Virus record (IMG/VR): IMGVR_UViG_3300025133_000042
Location: 32,001-96,000 of that record
Direction: 5' to 3' (one strand)
DNA: 64,000 bases
Source of the DNA: a virus
A program made the translations under genes and the position numbers. The first letter of the stretch is position 1; every line of letters begins with the position of its first letter. The notes beneath the pieces were generated by a model, which saw nothing but the letters and a program-made list of their open reading frames with translations, was not told the DNA's origin and did no database searches. Shown one piece after another: positions 45,938 to 56,198 of the stretch.

Positions 45938-46804
45938 CTCCGCAGTAAGCGGAACCTCCACGTCTGATGTCTCTCCACAAAAGTTACAGAAAAACTCTTG
46001 GCTCAAATCATAGTTTGGCGTTAGTTTACTGTAAACCGATCGAAAGTGACGGGCGTCAGCTGCCGGCATGCTCATGACAAATTGATTAATTTGGCCGCGG
46101 TCTGTAACACCATTGAGAGTTACGATTGCGCGCTTCATCTGCTCTGTCAGAATTGAGTCGCCTAGATGACCTAAGAGCTTTTGCTTTTTGCGACTTTCCA
46201 CAACCTTTGAAAGATAGTTCTCGTCATCGCCAGTTAACAAGCGAACTTGAGCCAGGACCTGGGTTCTCGGCAAAACAAACGCAAAAGTAACATCGTCAAC
46301 CCTAGTAAACCCTTCTATCTCTGGCTCATCGATTGAATCGGGGTGGACATTTTTGCCTGCGGCCAAGTTAAAACTAAAGACCGAAGCCTCGTCGCAGCTT
46401 GGACATGAAATCTTAGCTGAATAATCAGCACCGTAAGCCAGCATTCTGGTCATGACCAAAATAGCATTTTTATCGCCAATTAAAAGATCGGAAACTTTTA
46501 TCCTCTTGTCAACAACAAGTGATTGAAGCAGACGATCAATAGCGATGCCTTTCTTGAGCAAAGTACGAGAAGTCAAAATCTCCTCGTCTTTTGCTGTCAT
46601 ATGGCGGATCTCTATAGTCTCTTGCCCGTGCAAAGGATGGTCCTCTGCGTAAAACATGCCCCTAGAAGGCAAGTCAACATGCTCCGTAGGAACGACAAAA
46701 GTCAAGCCAACTGGGTTGTCAACTTGACCGGTCGGTTGAACAGCTGCGACGGGCGCCTCTTGTGCGGAGCTGGCGCCCGTCCTGTTCTTATTATTTCTAG
46801 CCAT
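45920..46804 (-). CDS. Tail assembly chaperone / T4 gp26-like baseplate hub assembly protein
   Basis: LPSRG.FY, MTAKDEEIL, L.GD, CPSC and CNFC, ends FFWPK. Confidence 0.85.
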   Translation of the reverse strand: MARNNKNRTGASSAQEAPVAAVQPTGQVDNPVGLTFVVPTEHVDLPSRGMFYAEDHPLHGQETIEIRHMTAKDEEILTSRTLLKKGIAIDRLLQSLVVDKRIKVSDLLIGDKNAILVMTRMLAYGADYSAKISCPSCDEASVFSFNLAAGKNVHPDSIDEPEIEGFTRVDDVTFAFVLPRTQVLAQVRLLTGDDENYLSKVVESRKKQKLLGHLGDSILTEQMKRAIVTLNGVTDRGQINQFVMSMPAADARHFRSVYSKLTPNYDLSQEFFCNFCGETSDVEVPLTAEFFWPK

Positions 46805-46848
46805 TTATACCTCTTTGTTTTAAATGATTTTTAGCTATTAGCCGACGA

Positions 46849-47478
46849 TTAGTTACCGACGATTAGGGTCCCCGGCAAAGTAGAGAATGCTTGCGGCTTC
46901 GTCCTGACCAGGCCGGTCAAGTTGTGGGCATTTAGCTTAGCGTAGTCATATCTCATCGTCATGGTGATCTCAACAAGATCGTCGCTGGTGTAATCCAAGT
47001 CGCCAAACTTGACTTCTTTTAACCATGCATTATAGAGCATCCACTCTTCTAATACTTCACCGCCTGTAGCGAGGGGCTCGCCGGTCGAGTTACCGCTCTC
47101 GCCGCCGGCGAACTGATCTCCAAGCATCTGGATTCTTATGTCACCCAGGGCCGCGACGGCTGCGCCTTTGGACATGGTGATGACATCGCTAGAAGTCTCA
47201 GGAGGGAAATAGCCACTATTAATCAAAATATCATAAACGCTCTGGGTTGTGTCAGGAGATCCTGGATCGACAAACGTAACATCAACAGTGTTCCACTCGA
47301 CGCGGCCGGGGTAATAAAACTTATGATTGATGTAAGTATGCTCACTCTCAGAAACTGAAAAAGAAGGCTTTGTAACTTTCTTTGCCACCCAAGGCTCAAA
47401 GCCGCCGACATAGACTAGAAATCTATAATTTCTTTTGGGCTCCGGCTGCCCTAAATTTGTACTTGACCAAAATGCCAT
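46849..47478 (-). CDS. Tail tube protein (gp19-like)
   Basis: EPKRNYRF, YPGRVEW, EEW.L..AW....FGDLDY, RYDYA. Confidence 0.92.
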   Translation of the reverse strand: MAFWSSTNLGQPEPKRNYRFLVYVGGFEPWVAKKVTKPSFSVSESEHTYINHKFYYPGRVEWNTVDVTFVDPGSPDTTQSVYDILINSGYFPPETSSDVITMSKGAAVAALGDIRIQMLGDQFAGGESGNSTGEPLATGGEVLEEWMLYNAWLKEVKFGDLDYTSDDLVEITMTMRYDYAKLNAHNLTGLVRTKPQAFSTLPGTLIVGN

Positions 47479-47559
47479 CTGAGTGATCTCCTGTTTGTAC
47501 CCTATCGTACTGGTGTATTGTAAATAGTAGGACGATTATAAATTCGTCCCGTGTTTTTG

Positions 47560-50500
47560 TTAGTCATCGAAGGCAGCACCTTGATTCGTAATGTTGAAGT
47601 CGATTGCAATGTACTCAATCGATTTCGCTGGCTTCAAGAAAATCTTAGCGTATAGCACGTTTCTGTCAACCAAATCTGGCGTCGTAGTTGTATCGTCCAA
47701 GACTACTCGATAGTCTTCGAGGCCCATGCCAGCTTTCACGCTTTTCAAGAACGGCTCGACCTGGCCAGTAAATCGGTTCCAAGTGACCTTGCTATTCTGG
47801 TCAAATAAAACGCTGTTCGCAATTCTTGATATCTTCTTCTTAAGGAAGATGAGCAGTCTTCTGACATTTACCCTGTCGAGCGCGCTCGGTGTCGCTTGAA
47901 GCGTCTTCTGTCCAAACACGACGAGACCTTCGGATGGGAACGACGCGATTGGATTAATATTAGCATCGTACAAATCATCTCTGTCCTTCTTCGAAAGCTT
48001 TTGCGTGACGTTCACAACAGGCAGACCTGCTGCGCCCTGAGAAAGGCCACCGCGGTTGAAACCAGCTGGCGCGAACCAGACGCTTGATTTTCTCTCAGAG
48101 TTCGACATGACACCCAGAGCTATTACCGAGGGCGGCATGAACAGCTTGTTGTTTGATAGCTTGTCGACGATCTGCACATATGGGTAATATGCTGCAGCAA
48201 AACTAGAATCAATATTTCTATCTTTCATCAGCTTGACCGCGTTGTTAACGTCGCCTAGGCGTGCCTTGTAGCTGGTTACATCCTCTGCTGCCGGCGTGTA
48301 ATCAGACTCGACATCGATAATTGCCATGGCGTCGGCGCGGGCCTCAACAGTGTCGATGAGGTGCTGCGTCAGCGTTGCCGACCTGATATTTGGCGCGACA
48401 GCGAGGTTGTATTCGACATCTTCTGGATCTGAACATATATCGATGGCCTGCTTTACAGTATTGTAAGCGTAGGATGACTTTTCAGTCTGCCCATTAACGA
48501 CATGGTGGCCAAAGGGATCCTTTTCTCTAATGTTCAAGCCATCGGAGCCTCCGAATAATGGGAATGTGAATGCATCAGCGCCATACAGAATCGTCGCCTC
48601 CCAGCCTGTCCTGGTTAGCGCGCCCTTCGTATGACCGTCTTGATCCGCTGAGATCGACAAGCCAGCTATACGGGAGCCCGAAACGTACGCATGACTCACG
48701 GTATCAGATACCCCCAGAGCATTAGACCCTGAGATGACGTCATCAAGCGTAAATATATGAGGGATCTCAAGATTGGCGCCGAGAGAGCCCTCGTCAGAAA
48801 AGACCATCTCCGCGCCGTCCGAGTTCAGCAGGCGGTCCGGAAGACCCCTCAGGAGATCGACCATGCTCTCATCATAGAGGCTGCTGGCTGAGCGATGAGT
48901 CCTCATGCCATGGAAGGCAGTTGCATTTGAAGGCAATGGGTTGTCCGAAGAAGAAAGCCTCATGGCGATAGTGGGGAACAAGAACGACGCAGTAAGATCG
49001 TGGGTGCCAGATGTTGTTGTGACGGCTCCAGTTAAATGGTAAACGGCATCGGCGAGCGATCGCAACGGAAGATCGGTGGTGCCGGCATTGGTGTAAGCGG
49101 TACCTGCGCCGGTGGCGCCGTCCGGGGTGTGGCTGTCGCCAAAGACTTGGAACTCGCCGATGGATGGCCCGGATCCGGTGCCCACAAGGGAAAATCCCTT
49201 GAACCTTGGGGGGCCATAGAAGCCAAAAGGCGCCATGGCGGGACTCGGCGGGCCTGAGTCTTCGATATCCGCATGCATCTCAATACGAACAAACTCAGAT
49301 GCGTTATCATACTGTCCGTACTCTTTGTTCCGGCCTTCAACACTATCGAACTCAATGTACTTATCGCCAATTCTACTGGCAATGTAATTCGCTGAATTGG
49401 GATTCAAAGTCAGATTTGTATATCGCTCTACCTCGCGAATCTTGCCGTCGTTGTCGCTCAGCATTCTTAATGATAGCGTAAACGTCGACCATGGATTCGC
49501 ATTGTTTTTAGGCGCTCTGATGTTTTCGATGCTTGCCTTGAGGTTGTGCATTTCGTACGAGCCTGCGCCGCGAGAGTGAAGCTTGAAGAGCTTTGTTTGT
49601 GCGCGGGCATTAAATGCAGAATACGCGCCCATGTCCTGGCTGATAACCCAGCCAGACTGGGCCGGGCGATGGGCGTACTTATTGTTACCGAAAGCTAGCG
49701 AACCATTCGACAACTGAAGAACGATGCCCAAACTGCCGCCGGCTGCTTCCACGTGACCATCGCCGCCGGTGCCGACGGTGTCTTCTAAGAACTGGTCATA
49801 TGTTTCGCCCAGCCAATAAGCTTTGGCCGCTGTGGTGACACTTGCATTCGTTGCGGCCGGATTTGTGCTCATAACCTCTCGAATATATTCTTGGCTGTTT
49901 CTATCAAAGTTGACAGCAAACTTCTCCACATCCACACTAGGATCCGTGCCAGATATGACTTCTAGAGTAAATGTGTGATTGCTGCCCTGGCTGTACATCA
50001 TCACGCCTGCAGAGGCCGTCGTTTCGGAGCACACCACGGCTGCCGAGCCGCTGGCGCGCACGGTGCCAGACAATCGCAGGGCAGAGCCGCTGTTGCAGTA
50101 AACTATTGCAGCCAATGCGCCGGTGGAGGGCGTCAGGTCCGCGCCGATGGTGGCATCTGTAGAAGATGAAGCACAAATAAACAAGCCGTAAGCGCCGCCT
50201 TGGTGAGCGATGCCTTGCGCGGTGGCAAACTGCTTTTCCGTTGCCCAGCCAGCATATCCTGCTGTGGCCGCCTCTGAGTGTTCTTCGCCAAGGAGACGCA
50301 CAACAGTGATAGGCGAATTATTCTGCAACCAGGCTTGTGCTGCATATGAAGCATAAGTGGGACTTGTGAGGATGCCGGCACCGTTTCTCCAGACATCCTG
50401 CGGGGGGATACCAGCGTTTGGTGTGCCAAACTTTTCAATAAACTCCGAAAAAGAGTCGACTCTGACAGGGCGCATGGCTGGGCCTCTGCGAGTGGCGCCA

Positions 50501-50604
50501 ATAACCAGCGGGCCAATATTGGCCGGGCTGGCTGGCAAGGCAGAATTATCAATTTCATTGATGAAAACGCCTGGTGAAATGAATTTATACTTCTTGACGG
50601 ACAT
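47560..50604 (-). CDS. Tail sheath protein (gp18-like)
   Basis: FISPGVFINEID, WFAPAGFNRG, INPI, FGQKT, DRVNVRRL. Confidence 0.96.
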   Translation of the reverse strand: MSVKKYKFISPGVFINEIDNSALPASPANIGPLVIGATRRGPAMRPVRVDSFSEFIEKFGTPNAGIPPQDVWRNGAGILTSPTYASYAAQAWLQNNSPITVVRLLGEEHSEAATAGYAGWATEKQFATAQGIAHQGGAYGLFICASSSTDATIGADLTPSTGALAAIVYCNSGSALRLSGTVRASGSAAVVCSETTASAGVMMYSQGSNHTFTLEVISGTDPSVDVEKFAVNFDRNSQEYIREVMSTNPAATNASVTTAAKAYWLGETYDQFLEDTVGTGGDGHVEAAGGSLGIVLQLSNGSLAFGNNKYAHRPAQSGWVISQDMGAYSAFNARAQTKLFKLHSRGAGSYEMHNLKASIENIRAPKNNANPWSTFTLSLRMLSDNDGKIREVERYTNLTLNPNSANYIASRIGDKYIEFDSVEGRNKEYGQYDNASEFVRIEMHADIEDSGPPSPAMAPFGFYGPPRFKGFSLVGTGSGPSIGEFQVFGDSHTPDGATGAGTAYTNAGTTDLPLRSLADAVYHLTGAVTTTSGTHDLTASFLFPTIAMRLSSSDNPLPSNATAFHGMRTHRSASSLYDESMVDLLRGLPDRLLNSDGAEMVFSDEGSLGANLEIPHIFTLDDVISGSNALGVSDTVSHAYVSGSRIAGLSISADQDGHTKGALTRTGWEATILYGADAFTFPLFGGSDGLNIREKDPFGHHVVNGQTEKSSYAYNTVKQAIDICSDPEDVEYNLAVAPNIRSATLTQHLIDTVEARADAMAIIDVESDYTPAAEDVTSYKARLGDVNNAVKLMKDRNIDSSFAAAYYPYVQIVDKLSNNKLFMPPSVIALGVMSNSERKSSVWFAPAGFNRGGLSQGAAGLPVVNVTQKLSKKDRDDLYDANINPIASFPSEGLVVFGQKTLQATPSALDRVNVRRLLIFLKKKISRIANSVLFDQNSKVTWNRFTGQVEPFLKSVKAGMGLEDYRVVLDDTTTTPDLVDRNVLYAKIFLKPAKSIEYIAIDFNITNQGAAFDD

Positions 50605-50680
50605 ATACGTGCTCTCCTTTAAAGGCAAACCTAAGTTTTCTCTATTAAATAGTGTTAAAAAAGTCGAATAGTAATTTTAC

Positions 50681-51562
50681 TTAGTCTCTATAGTCTGTTA
50701 GACGCCCGTCTACGACCATTTCCGGCGAGTCCCCAGTAATTACCCTTTCTCTGCCTATTTTAACGGTAACAAAATTTTGCCTAGTTTCTATTTTTGGGAG
50801 ATCGTCATTCTTATCATCTCCTATAATATATCCTAAAACTTTAAAGTTTAATTTGGTCTCATATTTTCTTTCTTCCTGAGCCAGAGAAGAAACGTTGTTA
50901 TTGGCGCTATAACTGTCCTGTAAAAACAGCTCATAAGTATGACCATTGTGATGTAAAGGAACATAGCTTATGCCCAACCCAGCATTGAGAAATGGAGTTG
51001 TCATTTCGTTCATTTGCTGCAGATACTCAGATCTAATGCTTATATTATATTCAACATCGATATACATTGGCATCGGCACAGTGATCGTTTCGTATACAAC
51101 TTTGGTGTTTTTAAATTTATTTGTCGACTGGCCGTAAAGACGCTTCGATACTGCATTGGCGTTGTCGCTCGTCTTATCTGCAACAATACGACGAGCAATT
51201 TCAATCCGACCACGCTTGCCGTCGCCGGGCTGGGCTATGTTACCAAAAACGCCGCCTTTTCTCGACATGTCCTTGTTTATATTGGTTCTCTCAATCATGA
51301 TTGACGGTAATATAAAAACGCCGTTCGCATCTCTTAAGTCCGGATTATTTTTGACTTGGAAGGAGCGCTCGGCTGATACCCACGTCACTGGTACCTCTTT
51401 TCGGCCGGTATTCGCGTCAACATATATATTCAGAGATTTTATATAATTATAAAGAGCTGTGTCGATATCCTCCAAGGTTGAAGGGTAAATTATATCCTCT
51501 TTAACGACAGAGGGATCATCAACTTCTGTGTAGCTGTAATCTTTTTCTTTATTGTAGCCCAT
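50681..51562 (-). CDS. Tail completion / sheath terminator-like protein
   Basis: Between neck and sheath genes; LP.I.I.R, P.P.Y....Y pattern. Confidence 0.65.
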   Translation of the reverse strand: MGYNKEKDYSYTEVDDPSVVKEDIIYPSTLEDIDTALYNYIKSLNIYVDANTGRKEVPVTWVSAERSFQVKNNPDLRDANGVFILPSIMIERTNINKDMSRKGGVFGNIAQPGDGKRGRIEIARRIVADKTSDNANAVSKRLYGQSTNKFKNTKVVYETITVPMPMYIDVEYNISIRSEYLQQMNEMTTPFLNAGLGISYVPLHHNGHTYELFLQDSYSANNNVSSLAQEERKYETKLNFKVLGYIIGDDKNDDLPKIETRQNFVTVKIGRERVITGDSPEMVVDGRLTDYRD

Positions 51563-52043
51563 TGAACGTCCCCTCTCGTGCCCTCACACACTTCGCAGAT
51601 ATCTCATAGCGATGATCGACCTGGCCAAATAACTGCTTAGGCTCAGATAAAGTGACAATCTCATATATAATGTCGCCATATTGCACGAAGTCGCCGGTTC
51701 GAACAAACAAATCTTGATCTTCCGTTAATCTTCTCTTGTGAAAATGAATAGTTATCTCAGCGTCTCTGTCCATGCCGTAAGCCTGGTGGTTGGTTTGATA
51801 TGACTCCCACTCTACCAAAGCGTAAACTCTTATCGGGGGCGCAAAGGCCTTGGAGATCGACTCGCCATAAATCGGATGAAAGTTTGAAGCGTCGATATCA
51901 ATTGGGTAGTAAACAACCTGCTGGCCGACGACGCGCTCAATAATTTCATCGTTAACTTGTTTTACTAAATCGCGCTCTTTCTTGTTTATAAAAAGAGGCG
52001 GTGGTGGAGCAGTAGGTTGTGACCATTTGTTTTCATTCGACAT
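51549..52043 (-). CDS. Head closure / neck protein (gp14-like)
   Basis: GQQVVYY...HPIYGES...GDFV. Confidence 0.75.
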   Translation of the reverse strand: MSNENKWSQPTAPPPPLFINKKERDLVKQVNDEIIERVVGQQVVYYPIDIDASNFHPIYGESISKAFAPPIRVYALVEWESYQTNHQAYGMDRDAEITIHFHKRRLTEDQDLFVRTGDFVQYGDIIYEIVTLSEPKQLFGQVDHRYEISAKCVRAREGTFNGLQ

Positions 52044-52047
52044 TTAT

Positions 52048-53334
52048 TTACCCAACATATATGTTATAAGGAACATTCTGCATGATCTTGTTTGTATTAT
52101 CCATCATCTCAGAGTCGCTAGCAACCAACTTGGGATATGTAAGCTCGTCAAGCACAGTTTTAAGCTCCTCACGGAGGGCATTTTGTTCCTCTTTGGCTTG
52201 GGACAATAATTCGGAATGATTTAATGTTACACTTTCTCCTGGGATTGGTATTGTCGCGAATTTACCTCTAATTTGCCCTAACATCTCTTTGCATAGAGAT
52301 AGTGCGAATCTTCTAATCCATTGTTTGCCAATACTATTGATGCTCTTGTAGGGAAGATTGCCAAACGGCAAGGTATTTAAGTTATTGACGCCCTCTGTGC
52401 CTGATGCTCGCGATGACTCACTCTCGTCCCATGGGTCAGTAGCCAAGGTAAACTCCACGTAAAGATTATCTGGGCTGATATCCTGAGGCACAGGAAATAA
52501 TCTCAACTTGTTATTTTTAATTTCGTATGAATAGTGAGAATTTCTTGTATAAATGGTGTCTTCGTAGGCCATGGCCTGCATTTTATTCTGCCACGCTGGA
52601 ATAACCTCAAAAGTAGAATCATCTGCGTACATGCCATAAGTCGACAAGTTACCAATTGCATTAATGCCGCCATAGTATCCAAAAAACCTCCACATTGCGT
52701 GCGGCGTCTTGTAGTACACTCTGCGAATCGTAACCCTCTTGTCGCCAACCTTGTTGTAAAAAGCGCTAGTTGCGCTATCCGAGGAAGAGGAGATCATTGT
52801 CTGCAAGTCATAATCTTGTTGACCGGAGGTTAAGTCAATCGATGCAGAATATATATTTTCAGTCCCGCCGATGCCTGCTTCCATCGCAACTGTATCGCCA
52901 ATGTGCTTGGCATAGCCCAGAGTAAACTTGGGCATACGCAGCTCGATGCTGGAACCTGAAAGTGGAGAATCGCTGGTGTGCATGCCATCATGATCAAAAG
53001 ACCCAGTTGTCGCGCCGAGGGCTTGCCCAAGGGTGTTCTTCCCTTGGTGTATGTTGACGATATACGAATATTCTAGAACCGATTCTTCATAAGCTGCAAA
53101 AATGTTTTTTTGAGTTATCTCAATATCTAAAACATCACCACCAAGTTTACGAAATGTGTAGTTTACTTGATCTATGGCGCCTGAAACAAAGTTGGCATCG
53201 TAAAGATCGGATCCGGTATCGGCGTATATGCCATATGGATAATTTGCTACTGTTGCAGCGTCAGATGTGCTACCAGTTTCAGGTAAAATATTAGTTGGCG
53301 CCGTTTGGGACGGCCTTAAGGTTGGTAGCGACAT
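52048..53334 (-). CDS. Neck/adaptor protein (gp13-like)
   Basis: RKLGGDVLDIE, WIRRFAL.L.KE.LG.IRGKF..IPG..VTLN. Confidence 0.85.
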   Translation of the reverse strand: MSLPTLRPSQTAPTNILPETGSTSDAATVANYPYGIYADTGSDLYDANFVSGAIDQVNYTFRKLGGDVLDIEITQKNIFAAYEESVLEYSYIVNIHQGKNTLGQALGATTGSFDHDGMHTSDSPLSGSSIELRMPKFTLGYAKHIGDTVAMEAGIGGTENIYSASIDLTSGQQDYDLQTMISSSSDSATSAFYNKVGDKRVTIRRVYYKTPHAMWRFFGYYGGINAIGNLSTYGMYADDSTFEVIPAWQNKMQAMAYEDTIYTRNSHYSYEIKNNKLRLFPVPQDISPDNLYVEFTLATDPWDESESSRASGTEGVNNLNTLPFGNLPYKSINSIGKQWIRRFALSLCKEMLGQIRGKFATIPIPGESVTLNHSELLSQAKEEQNALREELKTVLDELTYPKLVASDSEMMDNTNKIMQNVPYNIYVG

Positions 53335-53372
53335 TCATGAGATCTCCTAGAATGTAATTAGTTTCTAGAAGC

Positions 53373-53681
53373 TCATTTCGCCGGCTTGCTTTTTTTCTTT
53401 GGCTTTGCAGCGGCTTTTTTTCTCCAACTCTTCTTCGGTGCGGGCTTCGCTACTTCCACAACTTTCTCAATAACCTCAGCTACTTCCTCAACAGCCGTTT
53501 CAACAAGGGCTTCCACCACTTCTTCTTTTGCCTGTTTAATTTGTACAGTTTCTTCTTCGGTAATTACGCCGTCAGCTTCAGCTTCTTTTATGACGCCTCG
53601 TAGGCGATTGTAAGTTTCTCTTACAGAGGCATACTTTTTAGCATATTTTGGACTATGAAGTCTCTTTTTACGTTTACCCAT
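53373..53681 (-). CDS. Small late protein with basic ends and acidic middle
   Basis: MGKRKKR...KKAAAKPKKK; late motif upstream. Confidence 0.7.
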   Translation of the reverse strand: MGKRKKRLHSPKYAKKYASVRETYNRLRGVIKEAEADGVITEEETVQIKQAKEEVVEALVETAVEEVAEVIEKVVEVAKPAPKKSWRKKAAAKPKKKSKPAK

Positions 53682-53722
53682 TATAGGTCTCCTTGGTTGA
53701 TAATAAATAGTGTGAATATAAC

Positions 53723-53758
53723 AAAAAACCCCTTGTCTGTAAAAGAGCAAGGGGCTTT
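53723..53758 (-). terminator. Intrinsic terminator
   Basis: CCCCTTG/CAAGGGG stem followed by a T tract on the minus strand. Confidence 0.7.
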
Positions 53759-53778
53759 GATGTTGTGGATATTAGGGA

Positions 53779-54243
53779 TTAGCCTTGTACACCAGCGTCC
53801 GCACTTATATCTAGTGTGACTCCATTAACATAATATTTATTACCATCACAAATAAATTCATAATGGGTTCCACCTTTAGCCTCTCCGTTAATCTGAAGGT
53901 AGTCAGCATTTTCATCTAGTAGATATTGCCCCGCGTCTGCCTGGGCTTCGCCAACCAGGATGGTTATTAAGTCAGCAACAAAAGTTGATGCCCCGGCTGC
54001 TCTAACCTTAATAAGGCAATTGTCGCTACCAGCATCCAAAACTGTGGTTTTAACGATAAATTTGCACCACCAGCCAGCACCAGCTTCAGATGGGTGCGGA
54101 AGGGAGTGTACCATGGTCTCACTGTAATCAGTACCATCCAACATGAAGACGGTGCCGCACGCGGCGGGTTGTATCGAGGTTGCGGTGGTTGTCAGCGCTT
54201 CAACCTTCTTTCTATCTGCTGAATATCTTCCTAGTTTACTCAT
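53779..54243 (-). CDS. Probable capsid decoration protein
   Basis: Directly after major capsid gene, own late motif and AAGGAG RBS, beta-rich. Confidence 0.6.
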   Translation of the reverse strand: MSKLGRYSADRKKVEALTTTATSIQPAACGTVFMLDGTDYSETMVHSLPHPSEAGAGWWCKFIVKTTVLDAGSDNCLIKVRAAGASTFVADLITILVGEAQADAGQYLLDENADYLQINGEAKGGTHYEFICDGNKYYVNGVTLDISADAGVQG

Positions 54244-54322
54244 GTTCGTTTTCTCCTTTTAAAAAGGCGCCTTGCCTTATCAATCATTATAAATAGTGTT
54301 TGGATATCATAAATACCAAAAT

Positions 54323-54357
54323 AAAAAACCCCGCCAAGAGAAACCTCAAGGCGGGGC
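54323..54357 (-). terminator. Terminator after major capsid gene
   Basis: CCCCGCC/GGCGGGG stem plus T6. Confidence 0.8.
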
Positions 54358-54379
54358 TAGTTTGTTGGCTATCTAGCTA

Positions 54380-56197
54380 TTAGCTTGCGCCAGCTTCACC
54401 AAGGAGTCCGCGTACAACCACGAGGCCATACATATCAGGTCGGACCATCTTCTTGGCGTAGCGGGTCATGACTCCCTTACGGGGCACGAAGTCCTCTACA
54501 CCAAAGATGGTGGGAGTGACCTGTAGCGGGACGTAAGGAGCGTAAACATATCCGCTCTCCAAGAAGCTTCCGCCCTTGCGGCCAACGAGGACCACGTTGC
54601 GGGGGAAGTAAGGATCAACCCAGACATCCCACTTGCGGCTTAAGCTACCAGCCTTGACAGTGCCGATATCACCCTTGTTAGCGTCGGCAGTAACGTTAGC
54701 ACGGAAACCGGACGTGAACTCAAGGATATTGGCGACCTCGGGAGAAGTGACGAGGAACGTCGCTCCACCGCGAAGTGTCTTTCTGTGGATCTGAGCCGAA
54801 ACATCATTGACCGTCTCAATGAGGGTCTCGTACCACTCGCTTACCGTACCAGTGAAGTCCGGAGCTGCGGCGGTTGCGCCAAGCTCTGCACCGGTAGTGC
54901 GGTTAACGAATAGACCCGGGGCACGTGACCAGTAGTACGTACCAGCCTTAGCGCCCTGAATGAGATCGTTGAGGATCTCACGATCAACCTCTAGAGCAAT
55001 CTGCTCGGAGAGGAGCGAAGTAAGCTCAACCTCAGCGTCGAGGTTGTGATAAGCATTGAGATCCTGAGCAAGCTCGGGAGTCCACTTTGCCTTGAGCTTC
55101 TTGGTCATCGCAGTGACAGGCACTGAGTCGACATTGAGGTCGATCTCGGGGATGTCAACGTTAAGACCAGAAGTGCCAGACTTAGTATCAGGCGAGCCTT
55201 CCAACGGGAAGTTAGAGCCACGAACATTACCAAGCTCGACATTTGCAAAAAGGTCAGCGACAGGATAACTAGCAACACCAAGCTGATCCTTGTCGGCGCC
55301 GACTTGGAAATCATCACCTTCAAAGTTAATATCGCCGGCGGCAGAGTCCACGAGAACGATACGAAGACGATCCATCACAGCGGTGCCTGCTGAAGAAATC
55401 AGCTGAGTTAGGCGACGTACGTGAGACGTCGTTGATAACATGTCATTGACGGCTCCGCCAGAATCGTCGAAACCACGAATCTGGCCGGAAGCCGTTTGGA
55501 GTTCGATCGCAATTAAGTTATCTCTATTCAAGGTAGACGAAATCGAATCAAAATCGCAATCTAGAACCTGGATCTTGTAAGTTGAATTTGCCAAAACGTC
55601 GGGATCCCACTTGATAAGCTTCTTCTCTGCGTCCGTAAGAGCGCTAACAAGCTTGCCGTTGGTGGTGAGCTGCTCGGTGATGATGCCCAAACCAGCCGTA
55701 TCGGCCGCGTCGACAGAACCAGTCGGTGAAGAATAGCCGGTCTGCAGGCCGTAAAGACCTCCGCCGGACTCCAAGATATCAGTGACACCGCCAGTCAGCT
55801 GCGAACCAACCACGCCGCCGCCGTAAAGCGATTGATTGGCAGTGAGCCCAGCCGTGCCATCAGTGTACTGGAAGTCCATGAAGAAGATGAGGCCGGATGG
55901 CAAACTCATCGCTTGGACAGAAACAAGTTCGTTAGCAACGAGGCTACCGAAGACGCGGCGGACGATGGGGAATGCGACGGACGCAAAACCCTGGACATCG
56001 CCAGCTGCCATTGATGAAGCTTCCTTTAGAAGCTGCTTGGCCTGGTTCTCTAAGAGAACTGCCATTGTGTTTTTTGATTGATCATTCTCAAGACCCTCAA
56101 GAAGTCCTGTGCGTTCCCACTTTTCTAATAGGGCAGCACCTTCCTTCTGAAGAGATCTCTCTTGAATGCCTTCTGTTAATTTATCGAGTACAGACAT
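54380..56197 (-). CDS. Major capsid protein (T4 gp23-like) with large central insertion
   Basis: LLENQ, P.VRR, VSVQAM..PSGLIF, KLKAKWT.ELAQDL.AYH.LDAE.EL, YAPYVPL, TRYA. Confidence 0.96.
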   Translation of the reverse strand: MSVLDKLTEGIQERSLQKEGAALLEKWERTGLLEGLENDQSKNTMAVLLENQAKQLLKEASSMAAGDVQGFASVAFPIVRRVFGSLVANELVSVQAMSLPSGLIFFMDFQYTDGTAGLTANQSLYGGGVVGSQLTGGVTDILESGGGLYGLQTGYSSPTGSVDAADTAGLGIITEQLTTNGKLVSALTDAEKKLIKWDPDVLANSTYKIQVLDCDFDSISSTLNRDNLIAIELQTASGQIRGFDDSGGAVNDMLSTTSHVRRLTQLISSAGTAVMDRLRIVLVDSAAGDINFEGDDFQVGADKDQLGVASYPVADLFANVELGNVRGSNFPLEGSPDTKSGTSGLNVDIPEIDLNVDSVPVTAMTKKLKAKWTPELAQDLNAYHNLDAEVELTSLLSEQIALEVDREILNDLIQGAKAGTYYWSRAPGLFVNRTTGAELGATAAAPDFTGTVSEWYETLIETVNDVSAQIHRKTLRGGATFLVTSPEVANILEFTSGFRANVTADANKGDIGTVKAGSLSRKWDVWVDPYFPRNVVLVGRKGGSFLESGYVYAPYVPLQVTPTIFGVEDFVPRKGVMTRYAKKMVRPDMYGLVVVRGLLGEAGAS

Positions 56198-56198
56198 T

